Notes: generated from the letters alone by a model not told the origin. Positions 11,880-26,612 are shown, counted from the first letter of the stretch. The stretch: 64,000 bases of DNA from Mobula hypostoma (GCF_963921235.1 NC_086097.1:85190001-85254000); one strand, 5' to 3'. Numbers and translations: made by a program.

Positions 11880-14800
11880 CGACCAATCTGGACATCGGAT
11901 CTTTGAAGAGCAGGGGATTTCAATCAGAGTCCGTACCACATGCTAGTGAGGCTAGAACTAGGAAGATTATACAGTTTAATACATGGCTAAGGAGCTGGTG
12001 TAGGAGAGAGGGCATAAGGTTTTCGGATCTTACTTTGGATTTTTGGGCACAAGATTTTGGTCTCTTCCAGGGAAGATGGGACCTGTACAGAGGGGCGGCT
12101 TGCACCTGAACTGGAGGGGGACTAATATCCTAGCAGGAAGGTTTGTTACTGCTGCATGGTGGGGTTTAAACTAGAGTTGCAGGGGGGTGGGAACCAGAGT
12201 GCAAGAACAGTTAGAGGAGAGTTTGTGGGTGGGAGGCATTGGTAAGACCTCAGACAAAGTTCGGAATCAAAAGGTTGAACATGGTGCAACTAGTGTCCTG
12301 AGCTGCCAATATTTCAATGTAGGAAGTATCATAGGAAAGGCGAATAATAGTTCTGCAGGTGAGGTAGTTGGTTTACAAACAGAGACAATGTGTAGTGAGG
12401 AGAGGCTGTTGATAGGGCAAAATTGCAGTCAACAGGATGAGTTGCAATGTAAAATGTGGACAAAATGGAAAAGGGTGAATACAGGACTGAAAGTGTTGTA
12501 TCTGAATGTGCGCAGTGTACAGAATAAGGTAGATGAACTTGCAGCACAGTTGCAGACTGGCAGGTATGATGTTGTAGGCATCACTGAATCATGGCTGAAA
12601 GAAGATTACAGCTGGGAGTTTAATGTCCAAGGATACACATTGTATCGAAAGGACAGACAGGAAAGCAGAGGGGGCAGCATTGCTCTGTTGGTAGAAAATG
12701 AAACCAAATCATTAGAAAGAGGTGACATAGGGTCAGAAGGTATTGAATCATTGTAGACAGAGCTAAGGAACTGCAATGGTAAAAAGACCCTGACAGGAGT
12801 TGTACAGAGACCCCCAAACAATAGTATAATGTGGCCCACAAATTACAATGGGAGATAGAAAATGCAAGCCAAAAGGACAAAGTTACAATAGTCATGGAGG
12901 ACTTCAATATGCAGGTAGATTTGGAAAACAGGTTGATGCTAGAGTACAAGAAGAGGAATTTCTAGAGTGTCTGCAAGCTGTTTTTTTAGAGTAGTACATG
13001 TTTGAGCCCACTAGAAGATTAACTTCTGGATCAGGTGTTATGCAATGGACCAGAATTGATTACAGAGCTTAAGGTAAAAGAATCCTTAGAGTCAAGTGAT
13101 CATAATATGATCAAATTCACCCTGAAATTTGAGAAGGCGAAGCTAAAGTCAGATGTATCAGCATTACAGTGGAGTAAAGGGAATTACAGAGGCATGAGAG
13201 ACAAGTTGGCCAGAATTGATTGAAAAAAAATTGATTGGGATGATGGCAGAGCAGCAATAGTTGGAATTTTTGGAAGCTATTTGGAAGGCACAGGATATAT
13301 GCATCCCAAAGAGTAAGAAGTATTCTGAAAGAAAGATGACACAACCATGGCCAACAAGAGAAGTCAAAACCAACATAAAAGCCGGAGAGGGCATAGAATA
13401 CAAAAATTAGTGAGAAGTTAGAGGATTGGGAAGCTTTTAAAAACCAACAGAAGGCAACTAAAAAAGTCATTAAGAAAGTAAAGATGGAATACAAAGGTAA
13501 GCTAGCCAATAATATTAAAGAGGATACCAAAAGTTTCTTCAGATACATAAAGTGTAGAAAAGAGGTGAGAGTTGATATCAGACCTCTGGAAAACAATGCT
13601 GGAGAGGTAGTAATGGGGGACAAGGAAACAGCAGATAAACTAAATAAGTATTTTGCATCAGTTTTCACGGTGGCAGACTCTAGCAGTATGGTGGAAGTTC
13701 CAGGTGTCAGGAGTCATGAAGTGTGTGAAGTACATAACTAGAGAGAAGGTTCTTGGGAACTGAAAGTTCTGAAGGCAGATAAGTCACCTGAACCAGATGG
13801 TGTACACCCCAGAGTTCTGAAAGAGGTGGCTGAAGAGATCATAGAGGCATTAGTAATGATCTTTCCAGAATTACTAGTTTCTGGAATGGTTCTGGAGGAC
13901 TGGAAATTGCAAATGTCACTCCACTCTTCAAGAAGAGAAAGAGGGACAGAAGAAAGGAAGCTATATTCCAGTTAGTCTTTCGTCAGTGGTTGAGAAGATG
14001 TTGGAGTCGATTGTTAAGTATGAGGTCTCAGGGTACTTGGAAGCACATGATAAAATAGGCTGCAGTCAGCATGGTTTCCTCAAGGGAAATCTTATCGGAA
14101 AAATCTGTTGGAGTACTTTGAAGAAATAGCAATCAGGACAAACAATGGAGAATTGGTTGATTTTGTATACTTGGATTTTCAGAAGGCCTTTGACAAGGTG
14201 CCACACATAAGGCTGCTTAACAAGCTACAAGCCTGTGGTATTACAGGAAAGATTCTAGCATGGATAAAGCAGTGGCTGATTGGCAGGAGGCAAACCTTTT
14301 CTGACTGGTTTCCAGTGACCAGTGGTGTTCCACAGGGGTCTGTGTTGGGACCTGTTTTTTCACATTATATGTCAATGATTTGGATGATGGAATTGATGGC
14401 TTCATTGAAATGTTTGCTGACGAAATGAAGGTAGATGGAAGGGCAGGTATTTTTGAGGATTTAGAAAAGCTATTTTCTTCTTGGAGAGAAAATACAAAAA
14501 AACTGAAGTGCAAAGGGACTTGGGAGTCATTGTGCAGGATTCACTAAAGGTTAATTTGCAGGCTGAATCTGTAGTGAGGAAGGCAAATGCAATGTTAGCA
14601 TTCATTTCAAGAGGACTAGAGTAGAAAAGCAAGGATGTAATGTTGAGACTTTATAAAGCACTGGAGTATTGTGAGCAGTTTTGTGCCCCTTAGAAAGGAT
14701 ATGCTGAAACTGGAGAGGGTTCAAAGAAGGTTCACGAAAATGATTTCAGGATTCAATAGTTTGTCATATGAAGGGCGTTTGATGTCTCTCGGCCTATATT

Positions 14801-15210
14801 CTCTGGAATTCAGAAGAGTGAGGCGTGACCTCATTGAACCCTATTGAATGGTTAATGGCCTTGATAAAGTGGATGTGGAGATGATGTTCCCTATGATAGG
14901 GGAGTCTCAGACCAGAGGACCTCAGAATAGAGGGGTGTCCTTTTAGAATAGAGATGAGGAGGAGTTTCTTTAGCCAGGCAGTGGTGAATCGGTGGAATTC
15001 TTTGCCGCAGGAAGCTGTGGGGGCCAAGTCTTTACGTATATTTAAGTCAGAGTTTCATAGCTTTTTGATTGGTCAGAGCACGAAGGGATACGTGGAGATG
15101 GCAGGAGTTTGGGGCTGAGAGGAGAATTCGATCAGCCTTGCTGAAAGAGCAGAGAGACTCGATGGGCCAAATGGCTTAACTTTGCTCATATAGCTTGCGG
15201 TCTTATTATT
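11880..15210 (+). mobile_element. Long degraded CR1 LINE (ORF1 end, endonuclease, RT, 3' UTR)
   Basis: ORF1 esterase-like end (FNTWLRSWCRREG), LYLNVRS, GITESWL, SDHN, YLDFQKAFDKVPH and SGVPQGSVLGP, with many stops and frameshifts. Confidence 0.9.
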
Positions 15211-16069
15211 ATCCAAATGACTTGGGGTGGAGCACTCAAATCACTTTCTGCATACAAACGTGGTAAAATCCCTGGATAGCACTGGATCAAGTCAAGTTCA
15301 TTGTCACATGCACAAGTACATCTATGCACTCATGCAATGAAAAATTTGCTTGCAGCAGCATCACAGGCAGATTGCATTAAAGGCAGAACATTCACAAGAA
15401 AAACATGGATTAAACATAAATTATACAAAGATGTACCAGTTGGTAGGTTAATTGGCCATTGTAAATTGTCCCGTGATTAAATTGCTGGGCAGTGTGGCTC
15501 AAAAGGCAGGAACATTCCATGTCGTCAATAATTACATAATTAAGCGAGAACACAATCAAAACAACAAAAAAGAAGAGTAGGACAAAACAAAGTAGATTAA
15601 CTCAGTTTGTTTGTTCTTGTCAATCTTATGCTCTTCCATCCTTCCAAAATCAGTGTTCATTTGATTATAATCCAAGAGCAATTAGATATTTTGTCCTAGG
15701 CCAATTAATTCAGATTGTTTCTGCCTCACTATCCAGTTTGATTGAAAAAGGCGACCCTTCACCTGAAGTTTTCCCTTAGTATCAATGGAAATATTGAGAC
15801 AATGAGGACTAATTGATCTGTGTTAGAGGAGCCATGCAGGAGGATATAACTACAGTACTAACCTAGGCAAAATAATGACCAATCTAATTGAAAGATATAA
15901 TTTGCTGAGTTGTTTCTCAGATTTGCATGAGGTTTCAAGGTACAGATACTGGCTAGAGTATAGCACATGCTGTAAAAAATCGACTGATAACCTAATTGCT
16001 TGTCAGAGCTCTCATCAGTCTGGCCTTCTGGTGTTCAGCTATAAAATATATTTCACAGTGTATACCTGT

Positions 16070-16355
16070 GAGCAATGCAGTTGCACAGTTAGTGGAGATG
16101 CTGCCTCACCACTATGGCAATTGAGGCTCAATACTGACCTTGTGTACTCTTTGTGTGGGGTTTGCACGTTCTCCCTGCAAGGCCATACAGATTGCTAAGT
16201 TAGTTTGCCAACATAAATTGTCCCGAATGTAAAGTGAGTGGCAGAATCATGGAACATTGATAAGAATGTGGGGAGATTAAAGTGTGATGACTGTAAATGA
16301 CTACTTGATGGTTGGTATGTAATCAGTTAGTTGAAAGTTTTGTTTATGTGCTGTG
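16070..16355 (+). mobile_element. Degraded V-SINE-like element
   Basis: gctgcctcac...gtgtggggtttgcacgttctccctg and taaattgtcccg blocks. Confidence 0.5.
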
Positions 16356-17869
16356 TGAGTTGACTTCGTGAATTATAGAATGATATCGCAGGGAAAGTTT
16401 TCTGCTCACTGTGGTAGAGCAAATCAGTGCCAAAAATTAAGTACCATTCACCTGCTCCTATTCTGCAAGATGTGATTTCCCCTCCACGCATTTTCATTTT
16501 TTAATCATATCTACTTTCATCACTATTATAGGCAGAACTTTTCTGATAATTCTTTGCAGGTTAATTCCTTTGCCAATTGCTTTAAAGCTTCACCAGCTGG
16601 TTACTGTAATCCATCAACCAAAACATTCTGTACTAGTTTAATCTTTCAAGATTTTGACATTGCTTTCAAATGTTTTAACCTTTTCTGCCTGCCAGCTAAT
16701 GTGGTACCTTCTAATGAGTTGCTTCTGGGTTTCTTTAAGTTCTTGATTGTCATTCTAAACTGGAGGTGTCCAGAACTGAATATGTCATTTTTAGCACAGC
16801 TTCCTTCGTTTTCAACTCTGCATCCTCATTAATAAAACCAGTGGTCTCATGTGTATTTTTACAGCTTTTCCAACATCCTGCCACTTTTGAAGATTTGACT
16901 AAATGCAGCCCCAAATTATGGTCTCCCCCTCATTATTTTCACCAAACTACACAACCCTTGCCAGCAGTACGTAGCTTCTGTCATACAACTGCTCATCACA
17001 AGCCTGTCCACATCCTTCTGGAAGATTATTTCTATTTCTCCTTGCAGTTTGCCATTGTCAACTGCAGGCAGAGAAAATTATGCCTTGCATACCTGGAACG
17101 TGTTGATAATGTACATCAGAAACAAGCAGGGACTCGTACTGACTCAAGAAACATGGCAGGTTCTTTTTCCCAGCCTGATAAAAACTAAAGGTAGAATGGA
17201 ATCAGAGCCTACACCTTTCCATTCTCCACTGCGTTGTCAGAGGTGTGGATTTCTTTTCATTTATTTGTTCTATTTCAACCAGCATTTATAACCAGTCCTT
17301 AAATGCTCTTAAAAAAGGGTTGGTGACTCATCTTCTTGCACTGCTGCATTCCTTCTGGTGAACAGGCTTCCACAGTCTATTGGGTGAAGAGTTGCAGAAT
17401 TTAGATCCAACAGCAGTGGAGGATTGGTGTTATATTTCCAGGTTGGGATGGTGAAAGAACTAAAGGGGAAGCTGCAGGTGGTGGTGGTGGTGTTCCTATG
17501 TGGTTGCTGCCTTTGTCATTCCTGATAGTCCAGGTCATGGGTTTAGAAGGTATTGTCAGTTATTTGACACCTGCTCAAAAGGAAGGGCTATTAATCTGTT
17601 AATTATATACCAATCAGTCTAATCTAGGTAATAGGAAAATATTTATTGACAATATTCTAGAGAACCCTAATCAAAATTAACAATCAAATAAAGACAAACA
17701 GGTAAAAACAAAATAGATAATAGAACTAACATTTCCCTCCTTGTCTATAGATTGAGAATCCCCACTCAAAATATATGGGGATTCCATTCCCATATCAGGT
17801 CTGGCCATGGTAGGCTCCCATTAGCCGATTTCCCAGCATTTCCTTCAGAAGTCCTTGCATGATCAAGCT

Positions 17870-18130
17870 CTGCTGCTGGAACCCATGTGTAGAGCTCCAT
17901 TATGGGCACCAGCCTCTGTAGTGTCCTGGAAATCAAAGAGCCGGCATCCATTATTAAGGACCCCATCACCCAGGACATGCCCTCTTCTCATTGCTACCAT
18001 CAGGAAGAAGGTACAGAAGTGAGCAGGCACACACTCAACGATTCTTTCCCTCTGCCATCTGATTTCTAAATGGACATTAACCCATAAACACCACCTCACT
18101 ACTTTTAAAAATTTTGATTTTTGCAATATT
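17870..18130 (+). mobile_element. Rex1/L2-like LINE 3' fragment
   Basis: gcatccattattaaggacccc...ccatcaggaagaaggtacagaag block shared with the copies at 45180 and 51180. Confidence 0.6.
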
Positions 18131-18152
18131 TACTTAATTTAACTATATACAT

Positions 18153-18178
18153 TGTGTGTGTGTGTGTGTGTGTGTGTG
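18153..18178. repeat. (TG)n microsatellite
   Basis: About 13 perfect TG units. Confidence 0.95.
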
Positions 18179-18984
18179 ATTCTGGGGTTGTGACAGCTGA
18201 GAATATCAACAGAGGATGTATTTACCTGCAAATATACGAAAGGAAAGGGTTCTTTTCAGTGTTTTCATGAGTCAACCCTTAATTTCCACTAATTTCAGAG
18301 AGATTTAAAGTCAAGCAATACAAACCTAATTTTGCGCCAGATTTCATCAGTTTATCAAAGTTTAGGTTTAATTAAATTTGACCCCATTTGCTTTATAGCT
18401 TGGGGATAAAGGTGAGACTACCACTAATGGCTTAGAACTGGATAATTTGAAACAAGGACAGAAAGGACTCATCGGGTGAGGCAGCAGATTTAGAAAGAGC
18501 AACAGGGTTAATGTTTTTAGGTCTGATGAAACATAGAATCCACTAGACCTGTTGAGAGTTTTCATTTTTACTATTTTATTTATTTCACATTTCCAGTATC
18601 TGCAGCTTTTTAAAAATTTTAATTTACTGAGTAATTGAACGTTTGTCAACCTAAAGCAGAAAGGCACACCCTTTAGTAAAGAATGAATGTATCATATCCA
18701 TTAATCTGTGTAATTTCATGAAAACCAGCAACTCTAAATGAATTGAGTAGGTCCAATAATAATTGTGTTCAGTTACCATGAATTTAAGCAGCTTAATTAT
18801 ATATTCTCCACTGACTTCATTAAAAAAGTTGTTTTCCACTTTCAAAGAGATGTACCGTACATTTATTCTTTGCTGTCAGCATCTGATAGGATAACTGAAC
18901 CAGCATTGCCCCAGATCCACTGGCACTGAAAGGTTAAATGGCTCAGATTAAAGTGGATTGTCACTTTCAGCAATACTGTACCTT

Positions 18985-19940
18985 TGGAATTGGAACCAGA
19001 TTTGGAATTGATCTATTATTGTCACGTGCCGAGATAAAGTGAAAAACTTGTTTTGCATGCTGTTCATACTGATCAAATCATTACGCAATGCATTGAGGAA
19101 ATAGAAGGTAAAGCAATAATAATGCAAAATAAAAGTGTAATAGCTATAGAAAAACAGGCAGCGCAGATAAACAATGAAGTGGAATATCATAACAAGGTGG
19201 ATTGTGTATTCAAGGATCTACCTTATTATACTAGGGAACCATTTAATAGTTGTATAGCAGTGACATTGAAGCTGTCCTCGAGCCTGGTGATATGTGCTTT
19301 CGGGCTTGTGTATCTTCTGCGCCATGGAAGAAAGGGAAAGGGAGAATGTCCAGGGTGGGTGCGGTCTTTTATTATGCTGGCTTCTCGACTGAGGCCATGA
19401 GAAGTGTAGACAGAGTCCACAGAGGGAAGGCTGGTATTCGTGATGTGTTGAGGTATATCCACGACTTTCTGCAGTGTCTTGCAGTCACATGCAGAGAAGC
19501 TGCCATACCAAGCTATTATGTATCCAGATAGGATGCTTTCTATGGTGCATTGATAAAATTGGTAAAGATCAAAAGGGGCATGGCAAATTTCTGTAGCCTC
19601 CTGAGAAAGTAGTGGCATTGGTGAACTTCTTGGCCATGGCATCTACATGGTTAGATGTTCACTTCCAACCTTCAACCTCAACACCATTGATGTGAACAGC
19701 AGCACGTTTACCGTCCCCTTCCTGAAGTCAATGGTTCTCCTTTGTTCTGCTGTCATTGTGGGAAAGGTTGTTGTCATGGTACCATGTTACTAAGCTCTCC
19801 ATCTCCTTCTCATGATCCAACTCATTGTTATTTGAGATGTTGCCCATTGCAGTGGTGTCATCTGCAAATGTGCAGTTGGAGTTACAGTAGAATCTGGCCA
19901 TGCAGCCATCTGTGTACAGGCGGTAGAATACAGGAATGAG
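18985..19940 (-). mobile_element. Rex1/L2-like LINE 3' portion
   Basis: ORF 19226-19642 FYQCTIESILSGYIIAWYG...IIKDRTHPGH...RLEDSF, with a tandem-repeat tail near 18990. Confidence 0.8.
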
Positions 19941-20856
19941 AGCACACTATATGATCATATATATAATGATCTTGTGAGCATACCATTTCATTAGGGCCCA
20001 TGCTTCAAGTTGTTAATGAAACAATAATGTTGAAGTTTCAGAGTGAAATGTTCCTCCAATTTGTCCACATGTATTAAGGTTCAGTGTTTAACTTTCAAAG
20101 AGCTATGCATTGAAGTATTCTAATAATAGACTGAAGGAAGTAATTGTATAGTCAATGTTTGCTGAAGCCACAGAATACTTGAATGCAAAATGTGTAACAA
20201 TCACGTGGACATCTGGTGGTTACCAACTCCAGGATATTCATTATTCTTCAGTTAAGAAACCATGTGGAATTTATACATTTCTTCTGAAAAGCTTCATCAG
20301 CGGTAGCACCGGTTGTTAATCTTCAATAAAGACTTAACTTTTGAGACAAGGTTTTAACAAATTTATCAAGAAATAATTCTCATATGATTATAAAGAAATA
20401 GGAAAGTGCCTTACTCCATCATTGGGACGATAATGAAGATTTAATTTTTCTGCTTTCTGAAAGATCACAATAATGTTCAGTTGTAATATCTCTATTGGTT
20501 TTTCACCAGTATGAAAGGATGTAGGTGTTTTATAAAGCAGCTGCCCAATGCAATTATTAGACTAGAAGGCATTGTAAATTTTAAATTAACCATAAAACAA
20601 AATGATCATCAATGAAATGATTTTCCCAGCATCTTTGTTGTTATTGGCCTCTAGTGCAGCGTTCTGCAGAACTGCAGGTGATTTGATTATGTTGAGTTTT
20701 CCAATGGGGAGTTACAGGCAAATATTGGTTGGTAACACAGAGAAAATGCAAATTGTAAAGTACAGTATAAAAATATGTCAGTGACATTCAAAACCAGAAG
20801 TATTGAGCTCTGCTGACTTTAGATTTCCGGAGGATGAAATCAGGTATTGTGGCACC

Positions 20857-21430
20857 TATGTTTTTTCTGGGTGTCGTTGTTAGGTTGCATCTGGAATTTC
20901 CAGTTGGCGGACGATTTCCCTCCATGCTGCTCTGTCCTGATACTTGTCCACAACAAGTCTAGTCTTGTCCAGCTTGGTTCAATCCTTGATGTTATCCAGC
21001 CACGTTGTTCTTTGCCTTCCTCTTCATTTCTTTCCCTCCACCTTTCCATATAGCAAGTCTGACAAGATGTTATCTCTCTGCGTAATGTGTCCACAATAAG
21101 CAACTTTTAACTTCATGACCTTCTCCAGCAGTATCCATGCTCTATCAACTTCGGACAAAAACCTCTCATTTGAAACTCTCTCTACCCAGCTGATCTTCAA
21201 TATTCGTCCATAGCACCACATTTCAAAAGCATTAGTTCGTTTCAGTCATCCTTCTTCAGGGTCCATGTTTCTGATCCATACCTCAGTACTGATCATACGT
21301 AACACTCGAGGAAGCGGATTCTACTTTGGATGTCCACCTTCCGATTGCAGAGTAGATCTTTTAGCTTCATAAACTGGGCCTTAGCCATACCTATTCTCCT
21401 TCTGATCTCAACTTCACATCTCATTTCTGG
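20857..21430 (-). mobile_element. RTE-clade LINE 3' fragment
   Basis: MWCYGRILKISWVERVSNE...YCGHITQR...GKVEGK is a typical RTE C-terminal motif. Confidence 0.8.
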
Positions 21431-22384
21431 GTGTAGTGAAGCCCAAGGTGTTATTTGCGTTGCTACACATCCAAAGCAGAAAGTAGGAAAGTAGGATGCT
21501 ATTGGTAAAAGGGTTGATTAGTGTTACTACAATGACCACTGGCAACATATTGATTGTGATACTGTTCACTGTGCAAAGCTGATTCACTGCGGGAACTGGT
21601 GCTTTAGATCTCAAAGCTTATATATATGTGCACAATGCACATTTATGCACGATTTTAGGCAGCAAGAAGGATCCCCTTCTCTATGCTCATGATTTACAGA
21701 GGTTATTAGTTTAGTTGCTGGCTTATGTGTTCTGTTCATCGCTACCACTCTGTGTGTTTCTATCAGCTCACTACAGTTGCTTAAAGTTTCAGAAGTATAA
21801 AGGGAATGGTCTGGCCGGTGCTAAGTCACTACAGCTTGGACTTCAGTGTTTCTGCATGGACCACAAGTTTCAAAGTTCAAAGTAAATTTATTATCGAAGT
21901 ACATACTGTATATGTCACCATATACAAACCTGAGATTCATTTTCTTGCAGTCATTCACAGTAAATTTAAGGAACACAATAGAATCAATTAAAGGCTGCCC
22001 CAAGTCAGACAGACATCAGGCAGTGAGCCTCAGGCATCCATTGGAAGCCTTTATTTTGGTGCAGGAATATGAAAATGATCAAAACCACAGAAAGCTGTTG
22101 CAGGGATTTGATAAGAGTTGGCCCTTCGTGTTTTGAAGCAGAGTTGCTCCTGTTGAGGTGAAGCTATGCAGCGCTCACCTGGGCAAACCTGACGACTTGT
22201 GATGGTCTGCCTCATGCTGCCTATCTCACTGTTGTGACCCTTTCACATAATCTATCGAACTCCACCAAGGAGGAGCAGCACGGGTGAAGAGGAAGTGAAC
22301 AAACTGGAAAAGGCAACCCTGGCAGCCCTCCCCTACATGGTCTAGCTAGGACCAGTGTAACCAAAGGAGCTAAAATAAACTCAG

Positions 22385-24295
22385 TGTCATGTGTTGTACT
22401 TTGGTAGGACCAATCAGGGTAGGTCTTACACAGTGAATGTTAGGGCACTGAGGAGTGTGGTAGAACAAAGGGGTCTGGGAATACAGGTCCATAATTTGTT
22501 GAAATTGATGTCATGGGTAGATAGGATTGTAAAGAAAGGTTTTGGCACATTGCCCTTCATAAATTGAAGTATTGAGTATAGGAGATGGGACGTTATGTCT
22601 AAGTTATATGGTGAGGCCTAATTTGGAGTATTGTGTGCAGTTTCGGTCAACTACCTATAGGAAAGATGTAAATAAGGCTGAAAGAGTACAGAGAAATTTT
22701 ACAAGGATGTCGCTGTGTCTGGAAGATCTGAGTTATAAGGAAAGATTGAATAGTTTAGGATTTTATTCCTTGGATTTGATAGAGGTAAACAAAATTATGA
22801 GGGGTATAGTTAGGGTAAATGCAAGCAGACCTTTTCCACTGAGGTTAGGTGGTACTTCAACCAGAGATCATGGGTTAAGGGTGAAAAGATTAAGGGAACG
22901 TGTGGGAGCACTGTGAGGGTCATGTTTTTTGACTTCTCCAGTGTGTTCAACACCATCCACCCTGCTCTGCTGGGGGAGAAGCTGACAGCGATGCAGGTGG
23001 ATGCTTTCCTGGTGTCATGGATTCTTGATTACCTGACTGGCAGACCACAGTACGTGTGCTTGCAACACTGTGTGTCCGACAGAGTGATCAGCAGCACTGG
23101 GGCTCCACAAGGGACTGTCTTGTCTCCCTTTCTCTTCACCATTTACACCTCGGACTTCAACTACTGCACAGAGTCTTGTCATCTTCAGAAGTTTTCTGAT
23201 GACTCTGCCATAGTTGGATGCATCAGCAGGGGAGATGAGGCTGAGTACAGGGCTACGGTAGGAAACTTTGTCACATGGTGTGAGCAGAATTATCTGCAGC
23301 TTAATGTGAAAAAGACTAAGGAGCTGGTGGTAGACCTGAGGAGAGCTAAGGTACCAGTGACCCCTGTTTCCATCCAGGGGGTCAGTGTGGACATGGTGGA
23401 GGATTACAAATACCTGGGGATACGAATTGACAATAAACTGGACTGGTCAAAGAACACTGAGGCTGTCTACAAGAAGGGTCAGAGCCGTCTCTATTTCCTG
23501 AGGAGACTGAGGTCCTTTAACATCTGCCGGACGATGCTGAGGATGTTCTACGAGTCTGTGGTGGCCAGTGTGATCATGTTTGCTGTTGTGTGCTGGGGCA
23601 GCAGGCTGAGGGTAGCAGACACCAACAGAATCAACAAACTCATTCGTAAGGCCAGTGATGTTGTGGGGATGGAACTGGACTCTCTCACGGTGGTATCTGA
23701 AAAGAGGATGCTGTCCAAGTTGCATGCCATCTTGGACAATGTCTCCCATCCACTACATAATGTACTAGTTGGGCACAGGAGTACATTCAGCCGGAGACTC
23801 ATTCCACTGAGATGCAACACAGAGCATCATAGGAAGTCATTCCTGCCTGTGGCCATCAAACTTTACAACTCCTCCCTTGGAGGGTCAGATACCCTGAGCC
23901 AATAGGCTGGTTCTGGACTTATTTCCTGGCATAATTTACATATTACTATTTAATTATTTATGGTTTTATTACTATTTAATTATTTATAGTGCAACTGTAA
24001 CGAAAACCAATTTCCCCCGGGATCAATAAAGTATGACTATGACTATGACTCTGGGAATCTTCTTCACTCAGAGAGTTATGAGAGTGTGGAATGAGTTGCC
24101 AGCATAAGTGGTGCATGCAAGCTAGATTTCAATGTTTAAGAGAACTTTAGATAGGTACATGGATTGTAGGGGTGTGGAGGTCTATGGTCCTGGTGCAGGT
24201 CAACAAGATTAGGCAGTTTAAATGGTTTAGCATGGAGTGGATGGGATGAAGGGCCTGTTTCTGTGCGGTATGTTTCTTTGACTCTATGGCTCTAT
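22385..24295 (+). mobile_element. CR1 3' fragment split by a Rex1-like insertion
   Basis: VRPNLEYCVQF...ERVQR before 22907; CR1 resumes at 24052 (ttcttcactcagagagt) and ends in a (tctatg)n tail. Confidence 0.85.
22908..24051 (+). mobile_element. 5'-truncated Rex1/Babar-like LINE (RT ORF 22913-23905)
   Basis: FFDFSS, GAPQGTVLSP and KFSDD motifs; ggatcaataaag(tatgac)n tail; 5 bp TSD TGGGA (22903-22907, 24052-24056). Confidence 0.9.
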
Positions 24296-25060
24296 GACAA
24301 GCTCATTGAACCCATTTCACAGCATTGGCCAATGGTTCCAAGAGCTGAATTTGAACTCTCAGGACAGTGCCAGATTCCTCTATGCTCCTTGATAATGAAT
24401 ATTGAGTACCCAGCAGGCTGCTCAGTGCCCCCAAGCATTGCAACTTTCTCCTTTCATCCATTATCTATTGTCTGGTGGTCCAAAGTCCTCATCTGAGTAT
24501 TTTGCCAGAACTTCCTTGCAGTAGGCTGTCAACTTCACCATCTTTTCCCCTGAGTTGAATACTCAACACTTGTGGCTGATGTCACCATCAAAGCTGATTA
24601 TAAAATTGACTTCACCAACACTATCTCCTCTTTGTTCCTCAGCTTCTTGGGCTGCTCTGGAGTCTGAAATCAGAAAGGAAAATGCAAGTGCATGGTGCTT
24701 AGAGTAAAATGTAAGAGTTACAATGTTGTACCACGTGCAGATTGTAAGTTAGGGACAAGGGGTATGAAGAGGAGGATTTGTTGTGAGGATGAGGTGATGG
24801 TGGAAAGTTAAATGAAATTTGTGAAGTATAATTTTTACACAGAGATTGGTCAGTGCTCAGAGTGTGATAACAGGGAAAATGGTGGAAGCAGCTGCAATAG
24901 TAATACAAAGTTAAAGGGGTGTTTGGACAAGCACATGAACAGGCAGGGAATAAAGGGTTATAGGTCATGTACAGGCAGAAGCAATTAGTGTAAATTAACA
25001 ACACACATAAAAATTGCTGGTGAACACAGCAGGCCAGGCAGCATCTATAGGAAGAGGTAC

Positions 25061-25096
25061 AGTTGACGTTTCAGGCCGAGACCCTTCGTCAGGACT
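25061..25096 (-). ncRNA. Minimal type I hammerhead ribozyme (Penelope pLTR)
   Basis: Reverse complement AGTC-CTGACGA-AGGGTCTCGGCCT-GAAA-CGTC-AACT: intact core, one stem I mismatch. Confidence 0.75.
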
Positions 25097-26612
25097 AACT
25101 GGAGGAAGAGCTAGTAAGAGATTTGAAAGTGGAGGGGGGGAGAGGGAGATCTGAAATGATAGGAGAAGACAGGAGAGGGAGGGATGGAGCCAAGAGCTGG
25201 ACAGGTGATTAGCGAAAGGGATATGAGAGGATCATGGGACAGGAGGCCTAGGGAGAAAGAAAAGGGGGAGGGGTGGAAAACCCAGAGGATGGGCAAGGAG
25301 TATAGTGAGAGGGACAGAGAGAGAAAAAGGAGAGAGAGAGAGAGAGAAAAAGAATGTGTGTATATAAATAAATAACGGATGGGGTACAAGGGGAAGGTGG
25401 GGCATTAACGTAAGTTAGAGAAGTCAATGTTCATGCCATCAGGTTCGAGGCTACCCAGACGGAATATAAGGTGTTGTTCCTCCAACCTGAGTGTGGCTTC
25501 ATCTTGACAGTAGAGGAGGCCACGGGTAGACATATCAGAATGGGAATGGGATGTGGAATTAAAATGTGTGGCCATTGGGAGATCCTGCTTTCTCTGGTGG
25601 ACAGAGCATAGGTGTTCAGTGAAACGGTCTCCCAGTCTGCGCCGGGTCTCGCCAATATATATAGAAGGCTGCATCAGGAGCACCGGACGCAGTATATCAC
25701 CCCAGCCGACTCACAGGTGAAGTGCCGCCTCACCTGGAAGGACTGTCTGGGGCCCTGAATGGTAGTGAGGGAGGAAGTGTAAGGGCATGTGTAGCACTTG
25801 TTCCGCTTACAAGGTTAAGTGCCAGGAGGGAGATCAGTGGGGACGGATGGGGGGGACGAATGGACAAGGGAGTCGCATAGGGAGCGATTCCTGCGGAAAG
25901 CAGAGGGCGGGGGAGGGAAAGATATGCTTGGTGGTGGGATCCCTTTGGAGGTGGCGTAAGTTACGGAGAATTATGTGTTGGACCCGGAGGCTACCTCCCT
26001 CATTACCATTCAGGAACAAGTGCTACACATGCCCTTACACTTCCTCCCTCACTACCATTCAGGAATTCGCTGAACACCTACGCTCCGTCCGCCAGAGAAA
26101 GCAGGATCTCCCAGTGGCCACACATTTTAATTCCACGTCCCATTCCCATTCTGATATGTCTATCCACGGCCTCCTCTACTGTAAAGATGAAGCCACACTC
26201 AGGTTAGAGGAACAACCTGAGCCAACACTCAGTTTGGCTACCTTAATGCCATCAGGTAGCCTCCAACCTGATGGCTTTAACATTGACTTCTCTAACTTCC
26301 GTTAATTCCCCACCTCCCCCTCGTACCCTCGTACCCCATCTGTTATTTATTTTTATATATATATATATTCTTTTTCTCTCTCTCCTTTTTCTCCCGCTGT
26401 CCCTCTCACTATAACTGCTTGCCCATCCTCTGGGCTTCCCCCCTCCCCCTTTCTTTCTCCCTAGGCCTCCCGTCCCATGATCCTCTCGTACCCCTTTTGC
26501 CAATCACCTGTCCAGCTCTTGGTTCCATCCCTCCCCCTCCTGTCTTCTCCTAACATTTTGGATTTCCCCCTCCCCCTCCCACTTTCAAATCTCTTACTAG
26601 CCCTTTTCAGTT

